From Lama guanicoe (Eukaryota), in the NCBI GenBank assembly GCA_013239625.1, contig MU053468.1:181012-201011 (forward strand): DNA of 20,000 bases, given 5' to 3'. The notes under the pieces are model-generated. The model was given only the letters and a program-made list of their open reading frames with translations. It was not told the origin of the DNA and searched no databases. A program made the position numbers and the translations under genes. Shown piece by piece: positions 10,466 through 20,000 of this stretch. Each line of letters starts with the position of its first letter. The first letter of the stretch is position 1.

Positions 10466-11250
10466 CTACAAATCAATTTAAAAAAATAGAAAAATGAGTA
10501 AAGGACAGACAATTCGGAGATGAAATACAAATGCTCAGCACACATATAAAGATATTTAAATTCACAGGTACTCAGGAAAATTCAAATTCAGATGGAAGCC
10601 CTTTTATTCACCCTTCAGATCAGCCCAAAAGATGGAGACTATCCAGCAGTGGAAGGGTGTGGGGAAACAAAGGCCGTCAGGGAGTGCTGACTGGAGTGTA
10701 AACTGGCACAACTTGCTTGAGGGCAATTAGAAGTTTGTCTCTACATAGTCTTCACCCCAACAATCCCATTTCTACATATCTATTCTACAGAAATACCTGA
10801 CAGGTTCACAAAGATGCGTGCACAAGGATGTTCATTGCAGCAGTGTTTGTAACAAGAAAACTGGAAATAATCTAAACACCTTTCAATACGGGCATTATTA
10901 AACTGATGCATCCATACTATGGAATATTATGCAGGAGTTTAAATAAATGGGGCAACCCTCTATGTACTGGGAGGGAAAGAAATCTAAGATGTATCATGAC
11001 ATTAAAGAATCATGTTGCAAGATTTTATCACTTAAGGAAAAAGATATAATGAAGTCACACAACTAACTTATTTTGTTATCTGTAAATATGTATGTAGTCA
11101 AATACATGGAAAAGAGTCTGGAAGGACTGTTTTACTAAACTCCAAATTGTGTGGGTGGGGGATTAAGGCACAAGAAGGGTTTTCACTACACATGTTATTT
11201 CATTCTTCTATATGGAGAATATAATCATGTATTATTGGTATAATGGAAAA
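10466..11250 (+). mobile_element. Old L1M ORF2 end/3' UTR fragment (copy 1)
   Basis: TAGAAAAATGAGTAAAGGAC...GAGTGTAAACTGGCACAAC..TTGAGGGCAATT...CAATCCCATTTCTA...AAGGATGTTCATTGCAGCAGTGTTTGTAA..AAAACTGGAAATAATCTAAA...CATCCATACTATGGAATATTATGCAG. Confidence 0.8.
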
Positions 11251-11458
11251 TAAGTTTAAGTTGGTTCTTGCTTATTTGAATGAGGGCCTGCCAAGTTTAA
11301 TTTTTTAAATAAAAACAGAATTTCAATCAATAGTTTGGTTTGGAATGTGAAGGGGGAAATACCTTTTAACACAGCTGTTGACCTCGGAATTCTGGACCAA
11401 GAAGAATCTGACAAGGCAGTCAGTGTTTTGTATGCATATTTGGAGAGAATATACTCAC

Positions 11459-11530
11459 AGTTTCTCCGTCCAGCGGTAAGGCTTCCAGGTATTCTCATCG
11501 ACGTAAGAAATTGAGTTTCCTCGGAAATCT
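11459..11530 (-). CDS. LRRC37A: Identical second copy of exon 2, inside a 1.8-kb duplication (possibly an assembly artefact)
   Basis: Same 72 nt and same splice sites as 13255-13326, offset by 1796 bp. Confidence 0.5.
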
Positions 11531-12261
11531 CTGTGAAGAAACACAGTTCATATCCTTAAATAGGTAGGGAGAGAATGAGCAGAATAAGTGAGAGAATCAT
11601 GGCAACATTGTGGGGAATACTCAATGCAGAAAAGACCAGCTTTCTAACTCCCACAGCTTCTCAGCTTCCTAGTGGGCACAATTCCTAAAGATACAATAAA
11701 GATATAATGTGACACCACTGGCACAAGCAATGAGGCATCTCCTCAGAACCTGAACTTCCTATCCGTCCAATTTCTTGGATATATATTGCCAAATGTTTTG
11801 AATGTAAGTCTTTTTTCTCCCAAAGTCACTTATGTGTCTAAAATGACTCCTACAAATCAATGATAAAAATGGCAGAAATGTATCATGAGCAGCGAGTAAA
11901 GAAATCTTATGCCAGGTAACACCAAAGCTTTGGCTCAGTGCTCTACAAATTTTAACAAATCTAAATACAAATAAAATTTAGCAACAAAATTGAGATTTCA
12001 AAGAGTTAGTACGGACAAAAACTATGGAGACTCTCTCATTAATTTTTATACAGATTACAGGTAGATATGACAATACTTTGGATATTTTTGAAGACTTAAT
12101 ACAAAAAGATGTAGAATATCTTCTCAACAATGCAATTTGGAAGTTATATTTATGATTTGTCTATTCAAGCTGAATAATACAAACTGCCATGAAAAATGCC
12201 AGTTAACTGCTTTGAATATAGCCTTCCCCCTAAAATCATTATCTTCTTTAACCTGACTTAT

Positions 12262-13046
12262 CTACAAATCAATTTAAAAAAATAGAAAAATGAGTAAAGG
12301 ACAGACAATTCGGAGATGAAATACAAATGCTCAGCACACATATAAAGATATTTAAATTCACAGGTACTCAGGAAAATTCAAATTCAGATGGAAGCCCTTT
12401 TATTCACCCTTCAGATCAGCCCAAAAGATGGAGACTATCCAGCAGTGGAAGGGTGTGGGGAAACAAAGGCCGTCAGGGAGTGCTGACTGGAGTGTAAACT
12501 GGCACAACTTGCTTGAGGGCAATTAGAAGTTTGTCTCTACATAGTCTTCACCCCAACAATCCCATTTCTACATATCTATTCTACAGAAATACCTGACAGG
12601 TTCACAAAGATGCGTGCACAAGGATGTTCATTGCAGCAGTGTTTGTAACAAGAAAACTGGAAATAATCTAAACACCTTTCAATACGGGCATTATTAAACT
12701 GATGCATCCATACTATGGAATATTATGCAGGAGTTTAAATAAATGGGGCAACCCTCTATGTACTGGGAGGGAAAGAAATCTAAGATGTATCATGACATTA
12801 AAGAATCATGTTGCAAGATTTTATCACTTAAGGAAAAAGATATAATAAAGTCACACAACTAACTTATTTTGTTATCTGTAAATATGTATGTAGTCAAATA
12901 CATGGAAAAGAGTCTGGAAGGACTGTTTTACTAAACTCCAAATTGTGTGGGTGGGGGATTAAGGCACAAGAAGGGTTTTCACTACACATGTTATTTCATT
13001 CTTCTATATGGAGAATATAATCATGTATTATTGGTATAATGGAAAA
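12262..13046 (+). mobile_element. Old L1M fragment (copy 2, within the duplication)
   Basis: Near-identical to 10466-11250. Confidence 0.8.
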
Positions 13047-13254
13047 TAAGTTTAAGTTGGTTCTTGCTTATTTGAATGAGGGCCTGCCAAGTTTAATTTT
13101 TTAAATAAAAACAGAATTTCAATCAATAGTTTGGTTTGGAATGTGAAGGGGGAAATACCTTTTAACACAGCTGTTGACCTCGGAATTCTGGACCAAGAAG
13201 AATCTGACAAGGCAGTCAGTGTTTTGTATGCATATTTGGAGAGAATATACTCAC

Positions 13255-13326
13255 AGTTTCTCCGTCCAGCGGTAAGGCTTCCAGGTATTCTCATCGACGT
13301 AAGAAATTGAGTTTCCTCGGAAATCT
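13255..13326 (-). CDS. LRRC37A: LRRC37A-family exon 2 (72 nt, one LRR): (L)DFRGNSISYVDENTWKPYRWTEK(L)
   Basis: Acceptor tttcttcacag|A, donor AAACT|gtgagt, open frame, phase 2/2. Matches recalled human [24 protein letters not shown]. Confidence 0.92.
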
Positions 13327-13495
13327 CTGTGAAGAAACACAGTTCATATCCTTAAATAGGTAGGGAGAGAATGAGCAGAATAAGTGAGAGAATCATGGCA
13401 ACATTGTGGGGAATACTCAATGCAGAAAAGACCAGCTTTCTAACTCCCACAGCTTCTCAGCTTCCTAGTGGGCACAATTCCTAAAGATACAATAA

Positions 13496-13508
13496 NNNNN
13501 NNNNNNNN
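13496..13508. other. Assembly gap (13 N)
   Basis: Run of N. The equivalent position in the other duplicate copy holds 127 bp (11700-11826). Confidence 1.
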
Positions 13509-13677
13509 CACTTATGTGCTAAAATGACTCCTACAAATCAATGATAAAAATGGCAGAAATGTATCATGAGCAGCGAGTAAAGAAATCTTATGCCAGGTAA
13601 CACCAAAGCTTTGGCTCAGTGCTCTCTAAATCTCTCCAGGTATTGGAAGGGCAAGGGCAGTTAGAAATTAGAGACTA

Positions 13678-13930
13678 AGATGGAAATATCTCTCAGACAT
13701 ATTGCATAAAGAAAAGCACAGGTCACTGAGCAAGGAGTAAAGTTATTACCTCCTTAGGGGAAAAAATGCAAAGGAAAGAGACTGGAAGGAAGGACACACA
13801 TCCAAATAGTAACATAGTTATCTTATGGGTGGGAGGGAGGGTGGGGAGAGAATGTCACATTTTAGCCTGTATACTTCTATGACATTTTCTTTTAAACAGT
13901 GAGAATGCATCCATGACTTACACATTTAAA
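13678..13930 (+). mobile_element. Degenerate L1M 3' UTR fragment
   Basis: ATGGAAATATCTC.CAGACATATTG..TAAA.AAAAGCA...GAAAGAGACTGGAAGGAA..ACAC..CAAA...TAACA..GTTATC. Confidence 0.5.
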
Positions 13931-14174
13931 AGAAGCTGTTAAGTGCTTGAGGTTCAGTTTCAACCACTAACTGTGGATGGCTTTGAATCTTTACCTTTAG
14001 CTTTGTCCTCTTCCCTCAGCCACAACGATTTAGTTTATATGCACAATTTTCAGGGGGATCAGAAATAAGTCAAAACAGATACCTGTCTGCCCACCTGCCT
14101 ATGGGACATTTCCACTCAAACATAAGCCTTCTGGTTGCTTTATGTTCATCAATAAAACTGAATCCATTTCCCTA

Positions 14175-14749
14175 GTCTCTACATAGTCTTCACCCCAACA
14201 ATCCCATTTCTACATATCTATTCTACAGAAATACCTGACAGGTTCACAAAGATGCGTGCACAAGGATGTTCATTGCAGCAGTGTTTGTAACAAGAAAACT
14301 GGAAATAATCTAAACACCTTTCAATACGGGCATTATTAAACTGATGCATCCATACTATGGAATATTATGCAGGAGTTTAAATAAATGGGGCAACCCTCTA
14401 TGTACTGGGAGGGAAAGAAATCTAAGATGTATCATGACATTAAAGAATCATGTTGCAAGATTTTATCACTTAAGGAAAAAGATATAATAAAGTCACACAA
14501 CTAACTTATTTTGTTATCTGTAAATATGTATGTAGTCAAATACATGGAAAAGAGTCTGGAAGGACTGTTTTACTAAACTCCAAATTGTGTGGGTGGGGGA
14601 TTAAGGCACAAGAAGGGTTTTCACTACACATGTTATTTCATTCTTCTATATGGAGAATATAATCATGTATTATTGGTATAATGGAAAATAAGTTTAAGTT
14701 GGTTCTTGCTTATTTGAATGAGGGCCTGCCAAGTTTAATTTTTTAAATA
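14175..14749 (+). repeat. Third, 575-bp copy of 12533-13107
   Basis: GTCTCTACATAGTCTTCACC...GCCAAGTTTAATTTTTTAAATA, identical by eye. Confidence 0.95.
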
Positions 14750-14859
14750 CATTGGTGCTTAACCCAGTACTTCACAGCTAGACTGATCTCTTAAATCCTG
14801 GTGATTCCTGCAGCCACGCCTTTCCCTAGACTATACTCTCTATTTTTAATCTAACAAAT

Positions 14860-15125
14860 CATAGCCAGTCTTTAAGTTCCAGCGACAGTTTTAGCTTATC
14901 CATGCAGTTTCCCCTGACCTCCACACCCCAGTGATTCCAGGTTCTGGTTAATTTCAGCACCTCTCTGTATCTGTTAATACTCAATTACACATCACCTCCC
15001 TTTTAAGGCGTGTTCTCATTCCTCCCACCTATCACTGGGATGTTCTGGAGACAATGCCATACTTCTGTGGCTCCCACAGTACTTAGCCCTGGGTTGGGCA
15101 TAAAATGGGTGCTATACATAGAAAT
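14860..15125 (+). mobile_element. Degenerate L2 fragment
   Basis: TCTTTAAG..CCAGC...TCCATGCAGTTTCCCCTGACC.CC...GTGGCTCCCACAGTACTTAGC.CTGG..TGG.CATAAAATGGGTGCT. Confidence 0.45.
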
Positions 15126-15173
15126 ACTGAGGGCAAAGATGAGTAATCAATATAACTGAGGGACTGAATAAAA

Positions 15174-15381
15174 ATAATGGCTAACACTCAGATATATGCT
15201 AGGCACTGATATAAGAGCTTTACATGTATTAACTCATCTAAATCTCACAATAATCCTACAAGACGGTGACTATGATAATCCCCACTATCCAGATGAGGAA
15301 ACTGAGTCACAAAGCTAATAAACGGCAGACCTGGATTCACACCCAGGTAGTCTGACTCCAGAATCTCTACTCTTAACCACT
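15174..15381 (-). mobile_element. MIR SINE
   Basis: Reverse MIR: TGCTAGGCACT..AAGAGCTTTACATGTATTAACTCAT...CAGATGAGGAAACTGAG...GTCTGACTCCAGA..CTCTTAACCACT. Confidence 0.85.
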
Positions 15382-15714
15382 TTGTTGTATTAACACCAAT
15401 GAGATGGGGAGAGGGACATGTTGCTGTAACGAGGATGGAGCAAAAATGGGACAAGAGAAGATGTTAAGAAATTAAACAATGGAGTAAAAAATGGAGAAGG
15501 AAAAAGAGTAGGGGCAGTTATAAGTAAAAGACTGGAGAAGAAGAAGCAATAGTAAGAAGGCGAATGAAGATAAGAAATTGCTTTTAAGAGAAACAAAAGG
15601 TAAAAACAGCAGCCAGTGTGAGCTAGGGAGATGAGGAAGACCCAGGAAGACCTCAAAGAAAGGCTGCCAGGTCAGGCAGGAGGCAGAGAACAAACGAGGA
15701 AAAGCAGTTCTTAC

Positions 15715-18311
15715 AGGATGGTGAAGGTGCCGTTGTAGTTGCTGGGCTGCGGCACGGGCACGGTCTGGAGCCTCTCCTCTGGGCTGAGACCAGTGCAGGA
15801 CAAGCTCTCATTACTGCAGATGCAGAGCTCACAGATGTTCACACTTGTGGGAGCGCTCTGTTTCGGTTGCTCCTTTTCTGAGGTGTATGGTACAGAATGC
15901 ACCACCGAAGGCTCAGCTGAAGCAGGTGTCTTCAGTGACCCTGGGTGCCGAGTTATGGTATCTCCCTGACCTACAGGTGGAACTGTGACTCGAGTCAGGT
16001 CTGGGTGTGCAAGTGCCACCTCAGGAGGAGGAGCTGTAGTCTTCCGGAGGACTGTAGCATGTTGAGCCTCCACAGCAGGTTCTGAAGTCATGGTTAGCTC
16101 CAGGTCTACGTGATGAGGTGTGACGCTGGACGGTGTTGTGTGCTGACCTTGACCCTTACTTGAAGTTGGAATGGTCACCTCCTGATGGGGTGGATATTCA
16201 ATAACAACCTCCTTTGGTGGCTCTGGAGGCTGAGTTGGGGTCTCCTGCTTGGTTGGAGAAGGTTCAACATCCACACTGGATGCTCCAGTTACAGTAACTT
16301 CCAGGTCCACAGTGTGAACTGTGACTGGAGTGATGCTTAAAGGGGTGAGTGTCACCTCAGGGCGTTCTGGAGGGGGCGATGTGGAATGTTCAGCTTCCGT
16401 AGTAGGTTCTGAAGTCACGGTAAGCTCCAGATCCAAAGGTTTATCTATGACACTAGATAACATTAGATGCTCAGGGTGATCCTGGTCTGGTGTGGGAACT
16501 GTCACCTCCTGATACAATGAAGGCTGATGGGGCTCTGGAGGCCAAGTTGGGGTCCCTTGCATGGTTGGAGAAGGGCGAGCCTCTGTATCAGGTTCTGGAC
16601 TTAGTGAAAGTTCCAGATCCAGAGGTTGAACTGTGAACTCAGTCATGGCTGGATGCTGAGCCAGCACCTGCTCTGCCTGTGGAGGTGTCACCTCAATGTA
16701 TGTTGGATGAGATGTCATCTGCTGCAGGGCTGCAGAGTGTCCAGCCTCTGTAAGAGGCCCTGGAGTCATGGTAAGCCCCAGGTCCAAAGGTTTATCAGTG
16801 ACACTGGGCGAGCTGGAATGCTGAGCTTGATTCTGTCCTGGTGTTCCAACTGTCATCTCAACCTCCTTAGGTGGCTCTGGAGGTTGAGCCGGGGCTTCCT
16901 CCTGGACCGAAGAAAGCCCCACCCCCTCAGGGGGACCTGTAGTGTGAGCTGTGGCCTCTTGTTGTCCTGGGAAAGATTCAACCTTCCCAGGGTGCTCCGG
17001 AGATGGAGAAAGAGGCTTAGACTGGATTTGAGAAAATTCAGCCTGCTCGGGGGAAACAGGAAAATGAGCAGAGCCCTCCTGCTGCTCTGGAGAACTTTCA
17101 GCCTCCTTAGCAGGCTCTGGAGTGACCGTAAGTTCCAAGTCCACAGGTTTAAGTGTAACACTTGACAGGTTGGAGTGAGCTGGATACTTACTTCCAGGTC
17201 GAGCTGCTGCCTCATCACTCGCTGGAAACTGAGGTGCATTCTCACCAGGGAACCCCAGAACTTGCGCTGGGGCCTCTTGCTGGAGTGGGGCAGAGTCATA
17301 CTCAGGGCGCTCTGCAGGCTGAGCCTGGGCCTCCTGAGTGAATGGAGGAGGTTCCGCCTCCTCAGGATGCTCTGCAGGCTGAGCCTGGGCCTCCTGAGGG
17401 AATGGAGGAGGTTCCGACTCCTCAGGATGCTCTGCAGGCTGAGAGGGGGCCTCCTGCGGAACTGGAGAAGTTTCAACCACATTAGTGACCTCTGGAGTTA
17501 TAGTAAGTGCTAGATCCACAGGGTTAACAGTGACACTGTGCAGGGCTGACTGCTGAGCTTCATTCTCATTGGGACCATTTACCTCATGAGGCCTTAATTG
17601 TTCAGCTAAAACCTCCTGAAGCCCTCCCTCCCCCAGAGGGACGGCAGCGCCTACTTCCTCAGGGCCCTCTGAAGGCTGAGACAGAGCCCCCTGCTGAAGT
17701 GGAGGTGGTTCTGTCTCTCCAGTGGCCTCTGGACGCTGAGCCTGGGCCTCTACCTGGGGCAGAAAAGAGTCAACCGTCTCAGGGGTCTGTGGATTTTGAG
17801 CAGGACCCTCTTGCTGGGGTGGAGACTCAACCTCCTGAGTGGGCTCTGGACGCTGAGCCTGGGCCTCCTGCAGGGATGAGGACATTTCAGCCTCCTCAGG
17901 GGGCTCTGGAGGCTGATCTGGGCTTCCCAGAAGATCCAAAGGTAGATCTATATCTACAGCTTTGATCTTATTACCTTCAGGTCGAGACAGAGCTGGGGCC
18001 TGATTCTGATCCCAGCCTAGCACTGGAACCTCCTCTGGGAGCTTTTGATGCTGGGTTAGCTTGTCATTCTCACCTTGACGTGGAACAGCAATATCCTGAT
18101 ATGGCCCTGCAGGCAGGTCTCCATTTGACTCCACGTCCGGGTACAGAAGCGAAGTCTCAGACTCCTGTGTGAAAGAATTAAAGTCCCCTGATTGTGAGTT
18201 GGGGGTCTGCTGGACAGAGCCCAGGGACCACCTCAGGGGCCATCCCTGGACCAGAAGCCAGAGTGGCTGCCAAGCAAAGAGCTGCAGCAACCAAAAATAC
18301 TGGGGAAACAT
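15715..18311 (-). CDS. LRRC37A: LRRC37A-family coding exon 1 (865 codons + 2 nt): signal peptide, P/E/Q/T-rich LRRC37 repeats, Cys-rich LRR N-cap
   Basis: 876-aa ORF in the track. Its first ATG is at 18311 (the track start at 18341 is GTG). N-terminus MFPQYFWLLQLFAWQPLWLLVQG resembles the human LRRC37A leader. Repeated 'VTVxPLDLELTVTxEP' motifs. C-terminus NICELCICSNESLSCTGLSPEERLQTVPVPQPSNYNGTFTIL matches recalled human [42 protein letters not shown]. Ends at donor ATCCT|GTAAGA (phase 2). The A versus B paralog assignment is uncertain. Confidence 0.93.
17301..17456 (-). repeat. Coding 60-bp minisatellite (~2.6 units) in exon 1
   Basis: The + strand unit CTCAGGATGCTCTGCAGGCTGAGCCTGGGCCTCCTGAG.GAATGGAGGAGGTTCCG.CTC encodes QEAQAQPAEHPEExEPPPFx. 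Confidence 0.9.
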
Positions 18312-18700
18312 AACACAAAGACGATTCGGGCACAGTGACACAGGCTAGTAGGAAACGGGCCAGGCACACTGAACAGACACCGAAGCGAAATGCCAGCTTG
18401 GCTACACGTGCGCCCCTCTCCTGCCTCATGCCCCACCCTGTAGTGACACCTCTTTTATTAGGTCAGAGTGGACATGCAACCACAGTCAGGCTTTTTCCCA
18501 GGGTCCAAGCCATCCTGCCCCCAGCAAAGGTGACTCTTACCTCCTGCCAGGCCCTCTCCAACCTCAGCCTGGCCTCCCGCACAACGAGGCAGGATTTGGG
18601 CTGCAGACCAGAGTGGCCCCAGACTCCAGCAGTGCAGGGGTGGGGGTGAGGTGGTGCAGAGCTTCCCAAGGAAGTCACAGGGCCCGGCCTTCTGGGAGAC
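18312..18700 (-). promoter_or_regulatory. Putative proximal promoter/5'UTR of the LRRC37 gene
   Basis: GC-richer segment directly upstream of the ATG. TATA-like TAATAAAAGA on the minus strand (18451-18460) and E-box CACGTG at 18405-18410. The TSS cannot be determined from sequence alone. Confidence 0.35.
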
Positions 18701-19193
18701 TCAGAAGTGCTAGCCCAGTTCTGGGCATCTGAACTCCTCCTCCTCAAAGCTGACATCTGAGAGACATTCTTCCTCCCCTTGGCCACACTGCTTCCAAGAA
18801 AAGTAGCTGACCTACAAAACGAGCACCAGTTAGGGCGGCGGGAGGGGAATACACCTTACAGTTAGATATTCTAAAATGTTGCCATGTCCTCTAAACTCTC
18901 AGCATCCATGTCTGATTATAAACTTCACCACTCTATTATTAGGGGTTACCACTGAATCAGTGACGACTCCAAAGTTTCTGCAGGAAGGGTTTTGGAGTAG
19001 GTGAGCAATTCACTCTGAGAAAGAGTGTTGGAAACCAAGCGAACAGCCCTTTACATTAGCATGGGAAAATTTCCCCATCTCACCTTGTCTCAGCACAGCC
19101 ATTAGTCTAGAAACAATTACAATGCCCCTTTCCAGAGGTCTACCCTGTGTGCACACACGGAGAAGACACCTAGAATGTTAAAGTCAGCATGTT

Positions 19194-19590
19194 GGGGGGA
19201 GGTATAGCTCTGCAGTTAGTGTGTACCTAGCACGCACAAGGTCCTGGATTCAATCCCAGTACCTCCATTAAAAATAGTGGGGAAAGGGGTGGGAAGGGAT
19301 AAACTGGGCGTTGGAGACTTGCAGATACTAACTACTATAAATAAAATAGATGAACAAGTTTATACTGTATAGCACAGGGAACGATATTCAGTATCTTCTA
19401 GTAACTTATGGTTAAAGAATAAGAAAACAAATCTATGTATGTCCCTATATGACTGTGTATTGTGCTGTACACCAGAAATTGACACAACATTGTAAACTGA
19501 CTACACTTCAGTAAAATAATTTTTAAGAAATAGAATATATGTAAATAAATAAATAAATACAAACTTGATTACCTCCTCCCTCTCAAAAAA
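19194..19590 (+). mobile_element. tRNA-derived SINE resembling camelid Vic-1, with a 15-bp TSD and interrupted by an L1 fragment
   Basis: Head GGGGGGAGGTATAGCTC...GGTCCTGGATTCAATCCCAGTACCTCC with A/B-box-like motifs, (AAAT)n and ATTACCTCC tail. Exact direct repeat TAAAGTCAGCATGTT at 19179-19193 and 19591-19605. Confidence 0.8.
19278..19527 (+). mobile_element. 5'-truncated LINE-1 3' UTR end (laurasiatherian/cetartiodactyl type) nested in the SINE
   Basis: GGGAAGGGATAAA...ACTGTATAGCACAGGGAAC...TGCTGTACACCAGAAATTGACACAACATTGTAAA..ACTACACTTCA followed by an A-rich tail, a characteristic L1 3' end as recalled. Confidence 0.8.
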
Positions 19591-20000
19591 TAAAGTCAGC
19601 ATGTTAAATAATTTTCTTGAAATACTGCAAATAGCACCCACTTTACTTCCTTCACAGCCCTTATAATCATCTCTCTAATTTTAGTCCTTTTTAATTGTCT
19701 GGCACACCCTCTGGCCACTAAACTCCATGGAGAAGGCGCTTCAGATTTCTCCCAGCGTTAAGAACATGATGGTTTTTAAATGGAATTGATTCCAAGATTG
19801 GCCAATGAGGAATGGGTCTGTTGTTATAATCGGCTTTCTTAAAATTTTAGCATCGATACTGAATCCCTTCCTCTCACATTTCACAAGAAGCTAGACTTCT
19901 TAAAGCACAAACATGAATATGTTTCAAGTGTCCCTGATTTAAACTGAATTGAAAATAATTTGGTATAAATTGAATTAAAATAATTATCTTGTGCAGAAGA

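Larger units (their letters stand above)
10185..13625 (+). repeat. ~1.8-kb near-identical tandem duplication (10185-11944, 12068-13625) containing exon 2
   Basis: Offset 1796 bp; identical 80-aa ORFs at 11256-11498 and 13052-13294 in the track. One substitution seen (ATAATGAAG vs ATAATAAAG) plus small indels near the ends. Each copy touches an N gap. Confidence 0.97.

Noticed and set aside
11256..13294. Twin 80-aa ORFs (MRIPGSLTAGRR...)
   Set aside because: They read exon 2 in the wrong frame and run into the intron; they are identical only because of the duplication.
15390..15693. Hydrophobic Leu/Phe/Ser-rich ORFs resembling membrane peptides
   Set aside because: They arise from the pyrimidine-rich start of intron 1.
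15711..15714. Apparent stop codon ending the 876-aa ORF
   Set aside because: The TAA lies within the intron donor (CT|GTAAG); the frame continues in exon 2.
18339..18341. ORF-track start 'M' at 18341
   Set aside because: The codon is GTG; the first in-frame ATG is at 18311.
15739..18649. Antisense and alternate-frame ORFs of 76-209 aa over exon 1
   Set aside because: Shadow ORFs of a GC-rich repetitive coding exon with no recognisable protein features.
19194..19266. tRNA-like sequence
   Set aside because: It is a SINE head with degenerate boxes, an A-rich tail and a TSD, not a tRNA gene.

Overview
Mammalian genomic DNA, probably camelid judging by a Vic-1-like tRNA-derived SINE. It holds the 5' part of an LRRC37A/LRRC37B-family gene on the minus strand. 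There is a ~2.6-kb first coding exon (signal peptide, Pro/Glu/Gln/Thr-rich LRRC37 repeats, Cys-rich LRR N-cap) followed by 72-nt phase-2/phase-2 single-LRR exons at 13255-13326 (identical copy at 11459-11530), 8928-8999, 5493-5564 and 433-504. The gene continues beyond the left edge. Introns carry old repeats (MIR, L2, L1M, MER20, MER5A, MER53, MER58, Charlie), a (GAA)39 tract and two N gaps. Three things stand out: many local near-identical duplications (90 bp to 1.8 kb), one of which duplicates LRR exon 2; the 81-nt 'QAWHGMQF' LRR exon expected from human LRRC37A, which I cannot find; and an L1 fragment nested in a TSD-flanked SINE just upstream of the gene. Much of the duplication is best explained as short-read assembly or gap-filling artefact. 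I see no convincing novel biological system. All family assignments are from recall, not from database searches.
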